From the NCBI RefSeq assembly GCF_051903065.1, contig NZ_CP178438.1: a DNA stretch of 64,000 nucleotides. One strand, written 5' to 3'. The translations under genes were made by a program, and so were the position numbers. The stretch comes from Escherichia coli (GTDB lineage Bacteria > Pseudomonadota > Gammaproteobacteria > Enterobacterales > Enterobacteriaceae). Positions within the stretch are counted from its first letter, which is position 1; the number at the start of each line of letters is the position of its first letter. The notes under the pieces were generated by a model. That model had not been told where the DNA came from. It did no database searches and saw nothing but the letters and a program-made list of their open reading frames with translations. Positions 54,357-64,000 of this stretch are shown here, piece after piece.

Positions 54357-55361
54357 TTAACGCTGCGGATTTTCATCCTGATCAACAGCAAAACAAGCTA
54401 CCAGTTGACCGCCGTAGTCTTTTAGCTGCGGCTGCAACTGGGTGCAGGGGCCGAAGCGCCGACGACAGCGGGCGTTAAACGCGCAGCCCGGCGGTGGATT
54501 CAGCGGGCTTGGCAGTTCACCGGTGAGTTTGATGCGCTCGCGGCGATCGTCCGGATTCAGGCGCGGCGTCGCGGAAAGTAGCGCCTGAGTGTACGGATGG
54601 CGCGGGTTATTGAAGATTTGGTCTTTCGTTCCCTTCTCCACGCAGCGGCCCAGGTACATCACCATCACTTCATCAGCAATGTGCTCCACCACCGACAGGT
54701 CGTGGGAGATGAAGACATAAGAAAGCCCCAGTTCCTGCTGCAAATCCATCATCAGGTTGAGCACCTGTGCACGCACCGAGACGTCCAGCGCGGAGACCGG
54801 TTCATCGGCAATCACCACGTCCGGGTCGAGCATCAGACCACGGGCAATAGCGATACGCTGACGTTGTCCGCCGGAGAACATATGCGGATAGCGGTCATAG
54901 TGCTCGGTTTTCAGGCCGACTTTCGCCATCATCGACAGGGCTTTTTCCCGACGCTGTTCTTTGCTTAAGCTGGTGTTGATCAGCAGCGGCTCTTCAAGAA
55001 TTTGCCCGACTTTTTTACGCGGATTCAGCGAACCGTAAGGGTTCTGGAAGACAATCTGGATTTTCTGCCGACGCAGCTTCTGCGCCTGCGGATCGTGCTT
55101 AAGCAGATCCTGCCCCTGGTAATACAGCTCGCCACCGGTGGGCGTTTCGATCATCGTCAGCAACCGACCGAGGGTCGATTTACCGCAGCCGGATTCGCCC
55201 ACTACCGCCAGCGTTTTGCCACGTTCAAGGTTAAACGAAACGCCATCCAGCGCTTTAACCAGACGTTCCGGCGCGAACATGCCTTTCTTCACCGGATAAT
55301 GTTTTTTCAGGTCGATAGCCTGCAACAGAGGTTGTTGCGAGGTGGCCTCATGCGTACTCAT
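54357..55361 (-). CDS. dppF: Dipeptide ABC transporter ATP-binding protein DppF
   Basis: 334 aa; Walker [10 protein letters not shown] and ABC signature; overlaps dppD by 4 nt. Confidence 0.95.
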   Translation of the reverse strand: MSTHEATSQQPLLQAIDLKKHYPVKKGMFAPERLVKALDGVSFNLERGKTLAVVGESGCGKSTLGRLLTMIETPTGGELYYQGQDLLKHDPQAQKLRRQKIQIVFQNPYGSLNPRKKVGQILEEPLLINTSLSKEQRREKALSMMAKVGLKTEHYDRYPHMFSGGQRQRIAIARGLMLDPDVVIADEPVSALDVSVRAQVLNLMMDLQQELGLSYVFISHDLSVVEHIADEVMVMYLGRCVEKGTKDQIFNNPRHPYTQALLSATPRLNPDDRRERIKLTGELPSPLNPPPGCAFNARCRRRFGPCTQLQPQLKDYGGQLVACFAVDQDENPQR

Positions 55362-56341
55362 AGTGTCGGCCTCCCGGCATCATCAAGTGGGTAATGGCAT
55401 TTGGACTGACGCCCATCAGCGAGCATATTCAGCGCCGGTTCTTCAGCACGGCATTTGTCAGTGGCGTAGGGGCAGCGCGGATTAAGCAGACAGCCGTTCG
55501 GGCGATCATACTTGCCGGGAACGACGCCAGGTAACGACGCCAAACGTTCTTTGTCCTGAGCAAATTCCGGCAGCGCACGCAGCAATGCCTGAGTATACGG
55601 ATGACGCGGCGCATGGAAGATGGCGTGAGCATCGCCCGTTTCCACCACTTGACCGGCATACATCACAATGATTTTATGCGCAGCTTCCGCCACCAGCGCC
55701 AGGTCATGGGTAATTAACACCAGCGCCATGTTCTCTTTCTGCTGTAGCTCCAGCAGTAGTTCAATGATTTGCGCCTGAATGGTCACGTCCAGCGCAGTGG
55801 TTGGTTCATCGGCAATCAGCAGTTTTGGCCGACAGGCAATCGCCATGGCGATCATCACGCGCTGGCTCATGCCGCCGGAAAGCTGATGCGGGTAAACATC
55901 CAGACGCGATGCCGGATCGGGAATACCGACCTGATTCAGCAGGTCAATCGCCCGCTGACGGCGGGTACTTTTGTTGCCGCCCTGATGCACCTTAATCGCT
56001 TCCATAATCTGGAAACCCACGGTGTAGCACGGGTTAAGGCTGGTCATCGGGTCCTGGAAGATCATCGCCACTTCGGCACCCACCAGGTTGCGGCGCTCTT
56101 TTTCCGAGATACGCTGCAAATCCTGACCGTTAAACTCCAGCTTTTCCGCCATCACGCGGCCCGGATAATCAATCAGCCCCATAATCGCCAGCGAACTGAC
56201 CGACTTACCGGAGCCAGACTCACCCACAATCCCGACTACTTCGCCCTGTTTTACGCTGTAGCTGATGCGGTCTACGGCGCGGAACGGTGCGCTTTCGTCG
56301 CCGAAATGCACCGATAATTTATCTACATTTAATAACGCCAT
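55358..56341 (-). CDS. dppD: Dipeptide ABC transporter ATP-binding protein DppD
   Basis: 327 aa; Walker A GESGSGKS. Confidence 0.95.
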   Translation of the reverse strand: MALLNVDKLSVHFGDESAPFRAVDRISYSVKQGEVVGIVGESGSGKSVSSLAIMGLIDYPGRVMAEKLEFNGQDLQRISEKERRNLVGAEVAMIFQDPMTSLNPCYTVGFQIMEAIKVHQGGNKSTRRQRAIDLLNQVGIPDPASRLDVYPHQLSGGMSQRVMIAMAIACRPKLLIADEPTTALDVTIQAQIIELLLELQQKENMALVLITHDLALVAEAAHKIIVMYAGQVVETGDAHAIFHAPRHPYTQALLRALPEFAQDKERLASLPGVVPGKYDRPNGCLLNPRCPYATDKCRAEEPALNMLADGRQSKCHYPLDDAGRPTL

Positions 56342-56351
56342 CTCGAACCTC

Positions 56352-57254
56352 TTACTGCTTCAGTTTGGGATCGAGCGCGTCACGCAGACCGTCACCCATC
56401 AGGTTAAATGCCAGCACCGTCAGCAGGATCGCCAGACCAGGGAAGGTCACGACCCACCAGGCGCTTTGCGCGAACTGCAACACGTCAGAGAGCATGGTGC
56501 CCCACTCTGGTGTTGGCGGCTGCGCCCCCATGCCGAGGAAACCAAGAGCAGCCATATCGAGAATGGCGTTAGAGAAACCGAGCGACGCCTGAACAATCAG
56601 AGGCGCAAGGCAGTTCGGGAAGATGTTAATAAACATCTGACGCATCGCCCCGGCACCTGCCACGCGAGACGCGGTAACGTAATCGCGGTTAACTTCCACC
56701 AGCACGGCGGCGCGGGTTAAGCGCACATAGTGCGGCAAGGCAACAAAGGTCAGCGCCAGCGCGGCGTTACCAATCGACGGGCCGAAAATCGCTACCAGCA
56801 CCAGTGCCAACAGCAGACTTGGCAGCGCCAGCATGATATCGACCACGCGCATGATGATGTTATCGACCAGGCCGCCAAAGTAACCGGCGATCAGGCCGAG
56901 AATAACGCCCATAATCAGCGATAACACCACCACCAGACAGCCAACCAGCAGCGATAAACGCGCGCCGTACATCAGCCGCGACAGCACATCACGGCCTACG
57001 TCATCGGTGCCCAGCAAGTGCGCCATGCTGCCGCCTTCCTGCCAGGCGGGCGGGGCAAGCAGCGCATCGCGGAATTGTTCCGCCGGGTTATAGGGAGCAA
57101 TCCAGTTGGCAAAGATCGCGATAAACAGCACGATGACGACATAAACCAGCCCGACAACCGCACCTTTGTTGCGTTTAAAATAGTGCCAGAACTCCTGTAA
57201 CGGGGTCATCGGCACCGGTGCGCTAATCACTTTATTTTCAGTAACCTGTGACAT
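56352..57254 (-). CDS. dppC: Dipeptide ABC transporter permease DppC
   Basis: 300-aa permease. Confidence 0.95.
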   Translation of the reverse strand: MSQVTENKVISAPVPMTPLQEFWHYFKRNKGAVVGLVYVVIVLFIAIFANWIAPYNPAEQFRDALLAPPAWQEGGSMAHLLGTDDVGRDVLSRLMYGARLSLLVGCLVVVLSLIMGVILGLIAGYFGGLVDNIIMRVVDIMLALPSLLLALVLVAIFGPSIGNAALALTFVALPHYVRLTRAAVLVEVNRDYVTASRVAGAGAMRQMFINIFPNCLAPLIVQASLGFSNAILDMAALGFLGMGAQPPTPEWGTMLSDVLQFAQSAWWVVTFPGLAILLTVLAFNLMGDGLRDALDPKLKQ

Positions 57255-57263
57255 GATGTCCCC

Positions 57264-58283
57264 TTACTTCTTATGACGAATACGCGGGTTCACCACGCCA
57301 TACAGCAGATCGACCAGCAGGTTGACGAGGATAATCATCGTCGCCACCAGCAATACGCCGCCCTGCACCACCGGATAATCGCGCCGTTGCAGTGCGTCAA
57401 TCAACCAGCGCCCCAGACCGGGCCACGAGAAGATGGTTTCGGTCAGAATCGCCCCCGCCAGCAATGTTCCCACCTGGAGGCCGATAACGGTCACTACCGG
57501 CAGCATCGCGTTACGCAGCGCATGGACGATAATCACCCGCATGCGGGTCAACCCTTTGGCGCGCGCGGTGCGGATGTAATCTTCACCCAGCACTTCCAGC
57601 ATCGAGGAGCGTGTCATACGCACAATGACCGCCAGCGGAATAGTACCCAGCACAATGGCGGGCAAGATCATATGGGCGACGGCATCGATAAAGTTACCGT
57701 CTTCACCCCAGATGGCGGTGTCGATCAGCATAAAACCGGTTAACGGATTGGAATCATCGAGGAACACCATATCGCTCACGCGACCGGAGACGGGTGTCAG
57801 GTTCCAGTGCACCGAAACCAGCATGATCAGCATCATGCCCCACCAGAAGATAGGCATTGAATAACCTGTCAGCGCCAGGCCAACCGCTGTGTGATCGAAA
57901 ATGGAACCGCGTTTAACCGCGGCCAGCACACCAACCGGAATGCCGACCGCGGTCGCAAAAATCATCGCGCAGACGCCAAGTTCCAGCGTGGCCTGAAAGC
58001 GCGGCACGAACTCTTCCCATACCGGAATTCGGCTTTTCATCGAAATGCCTAAATCGCCGTGCATAACGCCCCAAATGTAATGGAGATACTGCTGCCACAT
58101 CGGTTTATCTAAGCCGAGTTCTGCCAGCAATTGCGCGTGACGCTCTGGGGAGATCCCACGTTCGCCCGCCATGATCATCACCGGATCGCCCGGGATCATG
58201 TGGACAAAGGCAAATGTGAGAAGGGTAATACCGATAAACGTGGGGATGACGAGTCCCAAACGTCGGAGAATAAACTGCAACAT
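57264..58283 (-). CDS. dppB: Dipeptide ABC transporter permease DppB
   Basis: 339 aa from MLQFILRRLGLVIPTFIGITLL; the ORF's 52-codon upstream extension is rejected. Confidence 0.9.
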   Translation of the reverse strand: MLQFILRRLGLVIPTFIGITLLTFAFVHMIPGDPVMIMAGERGISPERHAQLLAELGLDKPMWQQYLHYIWGVMHGDLGISMKSRIPVWEEFVPRFQATLELGVCAMIFATAVGIPVGVLAAVKRGSIFDHTAVGLALTGYSMPIFWWGMMLIMLVSVHWNLTPVSGRVSDMVFLDDSNPLTGFMLIDTAIWGEDGNFIDAVAHMILPAIVLGTIPLAVIVRMTRSSMLEVLGEDYIRTARAKGLTRMRVIIVHALRNAMLPVVTVIGLQVGTLLAGAILTETIFSWPGLGRWLIDALQRRDYPVVQGGVLLVATMIILVNLLVDLLYGVVNPRIRHKK

Positions 58284-58454
58284 AACCCGGATTCTCTGTA
58301 GTGACCCGCAGCCTGGAACTGCGTGTCTGTATTGCTCACAAATCAATTCCCGCCCGTGCCGGACAGGGAATGAAGTATTGCTGCCGGATGGCGCTGCACG
58401 CAGAGGCACAGCGTCACCGGGTATGCAGATTGTTGACAAAGAGCGCTTTGTTTA

Positions 58455-58565
58455 TGCCGGATGCGGCGTTAACGCCTTATCCGGCCTACAAAATCGTGCA
58501 AACTCAATACATTGCAGAATTTTCGTAGGCCTGATAAGCGGAGCGCATCAGGCAGTTTTGCCTTT
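58455..58565. repeat. REP/BIME element in the dppA-dppB intergenic region
   Basis: Two inverted REP units (TGCCGGATGCGGCGTTAACGCCTTATCCGGCCTAC ... GTAGGCCTGATAAGCGGAGCGCATCAGGCAG). Confidence 0.65.
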
Positions 58566-58590
58566 GCCATCAGTCTTGTATGGCTTTTAA

Positions 58591-60198
58591 TTATTCGATA
58601 GAGACGTTTTCGAAGTGATGTTTACCTAATGGATCAACCACATAGCCTTTAACTTCTTTGCGTACCGGTTCAAACACGGTGGAGTGAGCGATGATCAGTG
58701 CCGGAGCCTGATCGTGCATCACCACCTGTGCTTGTTTGTACAGTTCAACGCGCTTGTTGTGGTCGTCGGTAGCACGCGCCGGTTGAATCAGATCTTCAAA
58801 CGGTTTGTAGCACCATTTTGAGTAGTTGGAGCCTTGTTCAGAAGCGGCGCAGCTGAACAGGGTGGCGAAGAAGTTATCCGGATCCCCGTTGTCGCCAGTC
58901 CAGCCCATCATTACCGTCTGGTGCTCGCCATCTTTCGCACGCTTGAGGTACTCACCCCATTCGTAGGTGACAATTTTGGCCTGCACGCCGACTTTCGCCC
59001 AGTCTGCCTGAATCATCTCCGCCATGCGGCGAGCGTTCGGGTTATACGGACGTTGTACCGGCATTGCCCACAAGTCGATGGAGAAACCTTTTTCCAGACC
59101 CGCTTCTTTCAGCAAGGCTTTCGCTTTTTCAGGATCGTAGGTGTAGTCCTGAACGTCGTCGTTATAGCCCCACATGGTTGGCGGGATCAGGTTTTTCGCT
59201 GCCACGCCCGCGCCCTGATAAACCGCTTTGATGATCGCGTCTTTGTTCACCGCGTAGGTCAGAGCCTGGCGAACTTTCACATCATCGAGTGGTTTTTTCT
59301 GCACGTTATACGAGAGATAACCGACGTTCAGCCCCGGCATTTCCATCAGGTTGATGGATTTATCCTGCTTCATGCGAGCGATATCTGCCGGGTTCGGGTA
59401 CGGCATCACCTGGCATTCATTCTTCTGCAATTTCGCGTAACGCACGGAAGCATCAGGGGTAATAGAGAAAACCAGCGTATCGATCTGCGGTTTGGTGCCC
59501 CAGTAGCCATCAAACGCTTTGTAGCGGATACGGGAATCTTTTTGGTACTGCTGTAACTGGAACGGGCCGGTTCCGATTGGGTTGAGGTCCAGTTTTTCCG
59601 GTGTACCGGCTTTCATCATCGCATCAGCATATTCTTTTGACAGAATAGAGGCGAAGTCCATTGCCAGGTCAGCGAGGAACGGCGCTTCCGGGCGAGTCAG
59701 CACAAACTGAACGGTATTGTCGTCCACCTTTTTCACTTCGCTGATCAGCTCCGGCAAGCCCATGCCTTCGAAGTATTCGTAGCTGCCGCCAGAAACTTTA
59801 TGGTACGGGTTTTGCGCGTTTTTCTGACGATCGAACGAGAACACCACGTCATCGGCATTCATTTCGCGCGTCGGTTTGAATTCTTTATTGTCGTGCCACT
59901 TCACACCTTTACGCAGATGGAAGGTATAGGTTTTACCGTCTTCGCTGACTTCCCACTTTTCAGCGAGGCCCGGGATCACTTCAGTGGTGCCGATTTTAAA
60001 TTCAACCAGACGGTTATAAAGCGGGACGGAAGAGGCGTCATAGGTGGTGCCGGAGGTAAACAGCTGCGGGTTAAACCCTTCCGGAGATCCTTCTGAGCAA
60101 TAAACCAGAGTTTTAGCCTGAACACTTGCTGCGACGGTCATAGCCACCAGGCTGAGACCAAGCTTCAGCATCCCTGACTTTTTCAAGGAAATACGCAT
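58591..60198 (-). CDS. dppA: Periplasmic dipeptide-binding protein DppA
   Basis: 535 aa with signal peptide; SBP family 5. Confidence 0.95.
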   Translation of the reverse strand: MRISLKKSGMLKLGLSLVAMTVAASVQAKTLVYCSEGSPEGFNPQLFTSGTTYDASSVPLYNRLVEFKIGTTEVIPGLAEKWEVSEDGKTYTFHLRKGVKWHDNKEFKPTREMNADDVVFSFDRQKNAQNPYHKVSGGSYEYFEGMGLPELISEVKKVDDNTVQFVLTRPEAPFLADLAMDFASILSKEYADAMMKAGTPEKLDLNPIGTGPFQLQQYQKDSRIRYKAFDGYWGTKPQIDTLVFSITPDASVRYAKLQKNECQVMPYPNPADIARMKQDKSINLMEMPGLNVGYLSYNVQKKPLDDVKVRQALTYAVNKDAIIKAVYQGAGVAAKNLIPPTMWGYNDDVQDYTYDPEKAKALLKEAGLEKGFSIDLWAMPVQRPYNPNARRMAEMIQADWAKVGVQAKIVTYEWGEYLKRAKDGEHQTVMMGWTGDNGDPDNFFATLFSCAASEQGSNYSKWCYKPFEDLIQPARATDDHNKRVELYKQAQVVMHDQAPALIIAHSTVFEPVRKEVKGYVVDPLGKHHFENVSIE

Positions 60199-60765
60199 TA
60201 TTCTGCTCCAATTGTGATGTTTGTTGTTTTAACCCTTTGCAGTGGGTTGTCGCTGCCTGACCTTTTTTGTTTTTTACCCGGTCGGGTCAACGTTATGAGG
60301 TGGGGATGCCGTACTAATTAACATCAGTGTAACAGTGCGGATCCTCCATAAAATGCCCCTCGTGACCTACAATCTGTCAACAGAATGTGAAAACGTCAAT
60401 ACAGCCAACCGGGATTTACACCAACGGTGAGAATCCACAAACAAAGATTAAAAAAACTTCAAACAGCTATTTGCAGCAGAGAAATTTGTGCTACTCCAAC
60501 ATGACCAGAACAATCAGCTTAATATTTAGCAACATTTGGTGATTAAGTTTTATGCATTTAATGAAAAAAATCTGAGGAAAAGGTGGATATCTGAGCGATT
60601 AATACCATGAACGCTAAAACGCACAGCGGAAAATGCCAGCGCCAGCCATAAGTAACGCAAAAAAAGATTTAAGCAAATATAAAAAAAGACAATGGTTTCT
60701 GTCACAAATCCGTTAATGGATAGTGAGATATGGGGCGCAAATTTGGCAGGGAAATGTGTGGCGTG

Positions 60766-60853
60766 TAGGTCGAATAAGGCGTTCACGCCGCATCCGACAA
60801 TAAGTGCGGTGCCGTTGCCTGATGCGACGCTGACGCGTCTTATCAGGCCTACG
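60766..60853. repeat. REP/BIME element
   Basis: REP-like palindromes (CGAATAAGGCGTTCACGCCGCATCCGACA ... CGTCTTATCAGGCCTAC). Confidence 0.6.
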
Positions 60854-60907
60854 TCGAGTCGAACCTCCCGGCCCCCGGAGGTTCTCTTCCTCATGGGCTG
60901 CAGATGC

Positions 60908-60936
60908 AAAAAAGCCTGCTCGTTGAGCAGGCTTTT
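60908..60936 (-). terminator. Rho-independent terminator downstream of proK
   Basis: Perfect hairpin AAAAGCCTGCTCgttgaGCAGGCTTTT with flanking T-run just 3' of the tRNA. Confidence 0.7.
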
Positions 60937-60942
60937 CGAATT

Positions 60943-61019
<77 letters not shown>

Positions 61020-61110
61020 AATGCGGGGCGCATCTTACTGCGCAGATACGCCCTCGTCAATCCCTTAATAGCAAAATGCCTTTTGATCGGCGAGAAAGTC
61101 AGCAGGCCTC

Positions 61111-62802
61111 TTAGTTAGCCGCTGCCTCTTTTGTCTGCGGGATGTGACACCAGTTGTTGTTTTCGTTAATTCCACCATCCGGTGAAGTATAGCCAAGACA
61201 ACCCATGATGGTGTCGTACAGCTCTACGTGACGGCGTGGCACTTTCATGTCGGCTGCTTTTTTCAGCTGCGCAAACGCCTGCGCATTGACCGGATTTTCC
61301 AGATATTTATCTGACATCCAGACCATCATCGGTACGCGGAACTGCTCCGGCGGTGCCAGTTCACGCGGCGTGCCGTGCAGGTGCTCGCGTTCATTAATTG
61401 ACTCGCCGTGGTCAGCTGCGTAGAACACAATCGCTTTCTTATCGCGAACCTGATCAATCACACTGGAGATAAAGTGATCCACATAGGTCACCGAGTTGTC
61501 ATAGGAGTTGATCATCTGCGCTTTGGTACATCCGCTATCAACACCAATACATTCCGGCTTCCACTGCGCAAAGCTGCGCGGGTAACGCTGGGTGTAGTTA
61601 AAGTGCGAACCTTTGGTATGCAGAATGATTAGATGCTTACCATCCGGGTTGCGCCCCAGCGATTGCTGCATTTCGTCTACCAGCAACATATCATCTACCG
61701 GCTTGCCACGGTTACGTGGCTCCGCACCAATCTGTTCACGGTAAGCAATATTGTCCGCCATCGTATTGCTGTAGAACCACATTTCGCTCTGCATAGCGTA
61801 GAGGTCAGAACTGAATCCTAACTGCTTCAGTACCGCGAAAATGTTCTGTTCTTTTAATGTGCGCTGCGGATTATCTTCCGCGCCCCCCTGACGTACAAAC
61901 ATGCAACGCAGAGAGAGTTTGGTTGCGGTATCACAGGAGTAACCACGGAACGCCGCCAGATTTTTCTCCTGGGCCAGCTTCGGCGTGGTATTACGCTCAT
62001 AGCCGAAAATGCCCATATGGTCCCAACGCGTAGTTTCACCGATGATAAACACGACATAAGTGTCATTAACATTTTGCGGTGCCTGATAAGTGAATTTCTT
62101 CGCCGGGTTAAGCAATGAATTATTATCGGAAGATTCATCGACCCGCGCCCAGGCGTACAGCCCCAACGCAGAAAGCCAGTTTGATGGCAGATAAGAGTTC
62201 GCTACGACACCGCCATAACTCGGCAAATCAACGCCGGTCGCCCTCTCCACTTTCTTCTGCTGGATATCCAGCAAACGAATCGGTGCCCAAACCATAATTC
62301 CCGCCAGTACGACGACCGCCAGGCTGCGAATACGCTGCCCTGGGGTTCGCAGTTGTCGGAGCAAGGTGTAGCGACAGCGGTTATTCCAGATAAGGATAAG
62401 AGGCAATGCGCTAACGGCGATTAACCAGAGAATAAAGTTCAGACCAACAACTTCTTTTGACAGGTCGATATCGGTGGTCATGACGGAAGCGATGATGCCA
62501 TAACCAATGACCACATTAAGGAAGGTCATGTAATAGCTGGCACCTGCGGAAAAGAGCACAACCAGCGATGCCAGAATACGCCAGCTGCGGCGGCCAAACA
62601 GCGAAAGAAGACGTAGTAAAAAGAAGGTCACCAGTACGGTGGCGGCCAGTTCAACAACAGCAGAAATGCCTTTCCAGACGGTAAAATCGTGCGCATAGCT
62701 GCCGAAGCGGCGGTAAAAAACCGCGCCATTCATAAAAAGGCCAATATAGATTGCAAGCAAAAAGCTCAGCTTCTGCTGTGTAATCGATTTGATGTATCTC
62801 AT
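61111..62802 (-). CDS. eptB: Kdo2-lipid A phosphoethanolamine transferase EptB
   Basis: 563 aa from [23 protein letters not shown]-terminal TM domain plus sulfatase-like domain. Confidence 0.9.
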   Translation of the reverse strand: MRYIKSITQQKLSFLLAIYIGLFMNGAVFYRRFGSYAHDFTVWKGISAVVELAATVLVTFFLLRLLSLFGRRSWRILASLVVLFSAGASYYMTFLNVVIGYGIIASVMTTDIDLSKEVVGLNFILWLIAVSALPLILIWNNRCRYTLLRQLRTPGQRIRSLAVVVLAGIMVWAPIRLLDIQQKKVERATGVDLPSYGGVVANSYLPSNWLSALGLYAWARVDESSDNNSLLNPAKKFTYQAPQNVNDTYVVFIIGETTRWDHMGIFGYERNTTPKLAQEKNLAAFRGYSCDTATKLSLRCMFVRQGGAEDNPQRTLKEQNIFAVLKQLGFSSDLYAMQSEMWFYSNTMADNIAYREQIGAEPRNRGKPVDDMLLVDEMQQSLGRNPDGKHLIILHTKGSHFNYTQRYPRSFAQWKPECIGVDSGCTKAQMINSYDNSVTYVDHFISSVIDQVRDKKAIVFYAADHGESINEREHLHGTPRELAPPEQFRVPMMVWMSDKYLENPVNAQAFAQLKKAADMKVPRRHVELYDTIMGCLGYTSPDGGINENNNWCHIPQTKEAAAN

Positions 62803-63056
62803 GCAAACAAACCCTGGACAAACAGGTGATAACACCCTGCTTAGCGGCTTTTCAGGCCCAGCAGGGGAAAAGTGCGGAGGTAGTCAGATAAGTAAAATCT
62901 ACACGCGCGAATAAGTAGACCACAGCAAAGGGAAAAAGTGTGGGGAAAGAGTGTGCATGAAGCACAAATTTACAAAAGTGCAAGTCCGGAATAGACCATT
63001 TTAACGGATTAACGACTATTCAGAGATAGGTTGGGCCAGGATGCTGGCCCAGTAAC

Positions 63057-63605
63057 TTACTCATAGGTGATGGAAAAATTGACAAGGGCATTCGCTGTGC
63101 CACCAGTGGCCTGAGTGTTGACGACCACATAACTCGCCTGGTAGTGAAGCGACGTGGTTTCGCCATCAATCGCCCATTCAATCGGCGTTCCGCTGGAGCC
63201 TTTGGGAACTTGCTGCGTTCCTTTATCGTCCTCTATCTTCAACGCAACACCCGTTGCGCCACCAGCCTCAAGGGCAAACATGGAATCATCATCGCTGTCC
63301 GACTGACTGTCCATCTCAACGGTCGCTTTGGATATCCCATCGCACTCTTTGAGTTCAATGGTGAAATCTTTCTTGCTCAACACCGTACCGACTGCCGCAG
63401 GTTTTTGCAGCGTCATTGTTCCCATATCGACTTCGAGATCGCTTTTTTCCATCTCGCAAGCTTTAGTGGTGATAGTGATGGAGAAATGAATATCCCCTGC
63501 CGGGCCAAGATCCGTCGCCGCATTCACCCCGCAGGCAAACAGACTCAAACTGGCGATGCCGCTATGCAGCAATAGTTTGAATTTCATGGCATCACTCCAT
63601 TTCAA
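63057..63605 (-). CDS. lpfE: Fimbrial minor subunit (LpfE-like)
   Basis: 182 aa with signal peptide (MKFKLLLHSGIASLSLFACGVNA); last gene of a fimbrial operon next to eptB; Lpf assignment is by locus position. Confidence 0.65.
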   Translation of the reverse strand: MKWSDAMKFKLLLHSGIASLSLFACGVNAATDLGPAGDIHFSITITTKACEMEKSDLEVDMGTMTLQKPAAVGTVLSKKDFTIELKECDGISKATVEMDSQSDSDDDSMFALEAGGATGVALKIEDDKGTQQVPKGSSGTPIEWAIDGETTSLHYQASYVVVNTQATGGTANALVNFSITYE

Positions 63606-64000
63606 GATATATGGTCGTTACGCCTTCAAACGTCCCGCCTTTAGGCGCTTTACCCGTCGTGCTAATCGGTAAAGCCAGCAGTCGAATCGCGGCATTGCGG
63701 TGAGTTTTAGAATCCAGGCTGCTCAAATTTAATAACGTGGTGCTGCTTGCATCATTCGGTACCAAAATTTTGCCGCTGGAATCTTTCACCAGTACGCCAA
63801 TATCGGGGTTGTCCATATCCACCGCTCGGGGATCGTCAGCATTGGTTGCCCCCTCAAGGCGCAACGAGACTTTGATACCATCCGAGATATTGTTGCAATC
63901 AAAGCCGAGGTTAATTTCTTGCTCTGTCGCACCTTCAGGCATTTGCCCTTGTCTGTTTTTAAACGCTGAGGAGGGGAATTCACCAAATGGCACATCCAGC
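63592..64000 (-). CDS. lpfD: Fimbrial subunit/adhesin (LpfD-like), 3' portion only
   Basis: C-terminal 133 aa visible; fimbrial-like beta-strand-rich sequence; stop overlaps the lpfE start; gene runs off the window. Confidence 0.55.
   Translation of the reverse strand, partial: LDVPFGEFPSSAFKNRQGQMPEGATEQEINLGFDCNNISDGIKVSLRLEGATNADDPRAVDMDNPDIGVLVKDSSGKILVPNDASSTTLLNLSSLDSKTHRNAAIRLLALPISTTGKAPKGGTFEGVTTIYLEME

Noticed and set aside
57264-58439. 391-aa version of dppB
   Set aside because: The ABC permease starts at MLQFILRR (58283); upstream codons lack membrane-protein character.
60550-60909. 119-aa minus-strand ORF between dppA and proK
   Set aside because: Overlaps REP elements and the tRNA terminator; no RBS; typical spurious ORF over palindromic repeats.

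Overview
This window is enterobacterial chromosome, almost certainly a non-K-12 Escherichia coli, and I found no wholly novel system in it; every ORF of meaningful length maps to a recognisable gene. Gene identities are from my reading of the supplied ORF translations and remembered family features, not from any database search. Order of content: (1) the 3' part of the chu heme-utilisation island (chuT-W-X-Y-U-V) with two Fur-box-like sites; (2) the acid fitness island (yhiD, hdeBA, hdeD, gadE, mdtEF, gadW, gadY sRNA, gadX, gadA); (3) yhjA, treF, yhjB; (4) a complete IS903-group insertion sequence with perfect 9-bp target-site duplications between yhjB and yhjC; (5) yhjC, yhjD, yhjE, yhjG, pdeH, kdgK, yhjJ, dctA, pdeK; (6) the cellulose locus bcsRQABZC / bcsEFG with an intact bcsQ; (7) three tandem ~483-bp copies of an ldr/rdl type I toxin-antitoxin unit; (8) yhjV, dppABCDF, tRNA-Pro (proK), eptB; (9) the distal end of a fimbrial operon (Lpf-like). 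The observations most worth follow-up are the ldr/rdl triplication with diverged copies, an apparent 1-bp frameshift in chuY, and the IS insertion. Start codons were refined by eye where the ORF track over-extends, and sRNA and operator coordinates are approximate.
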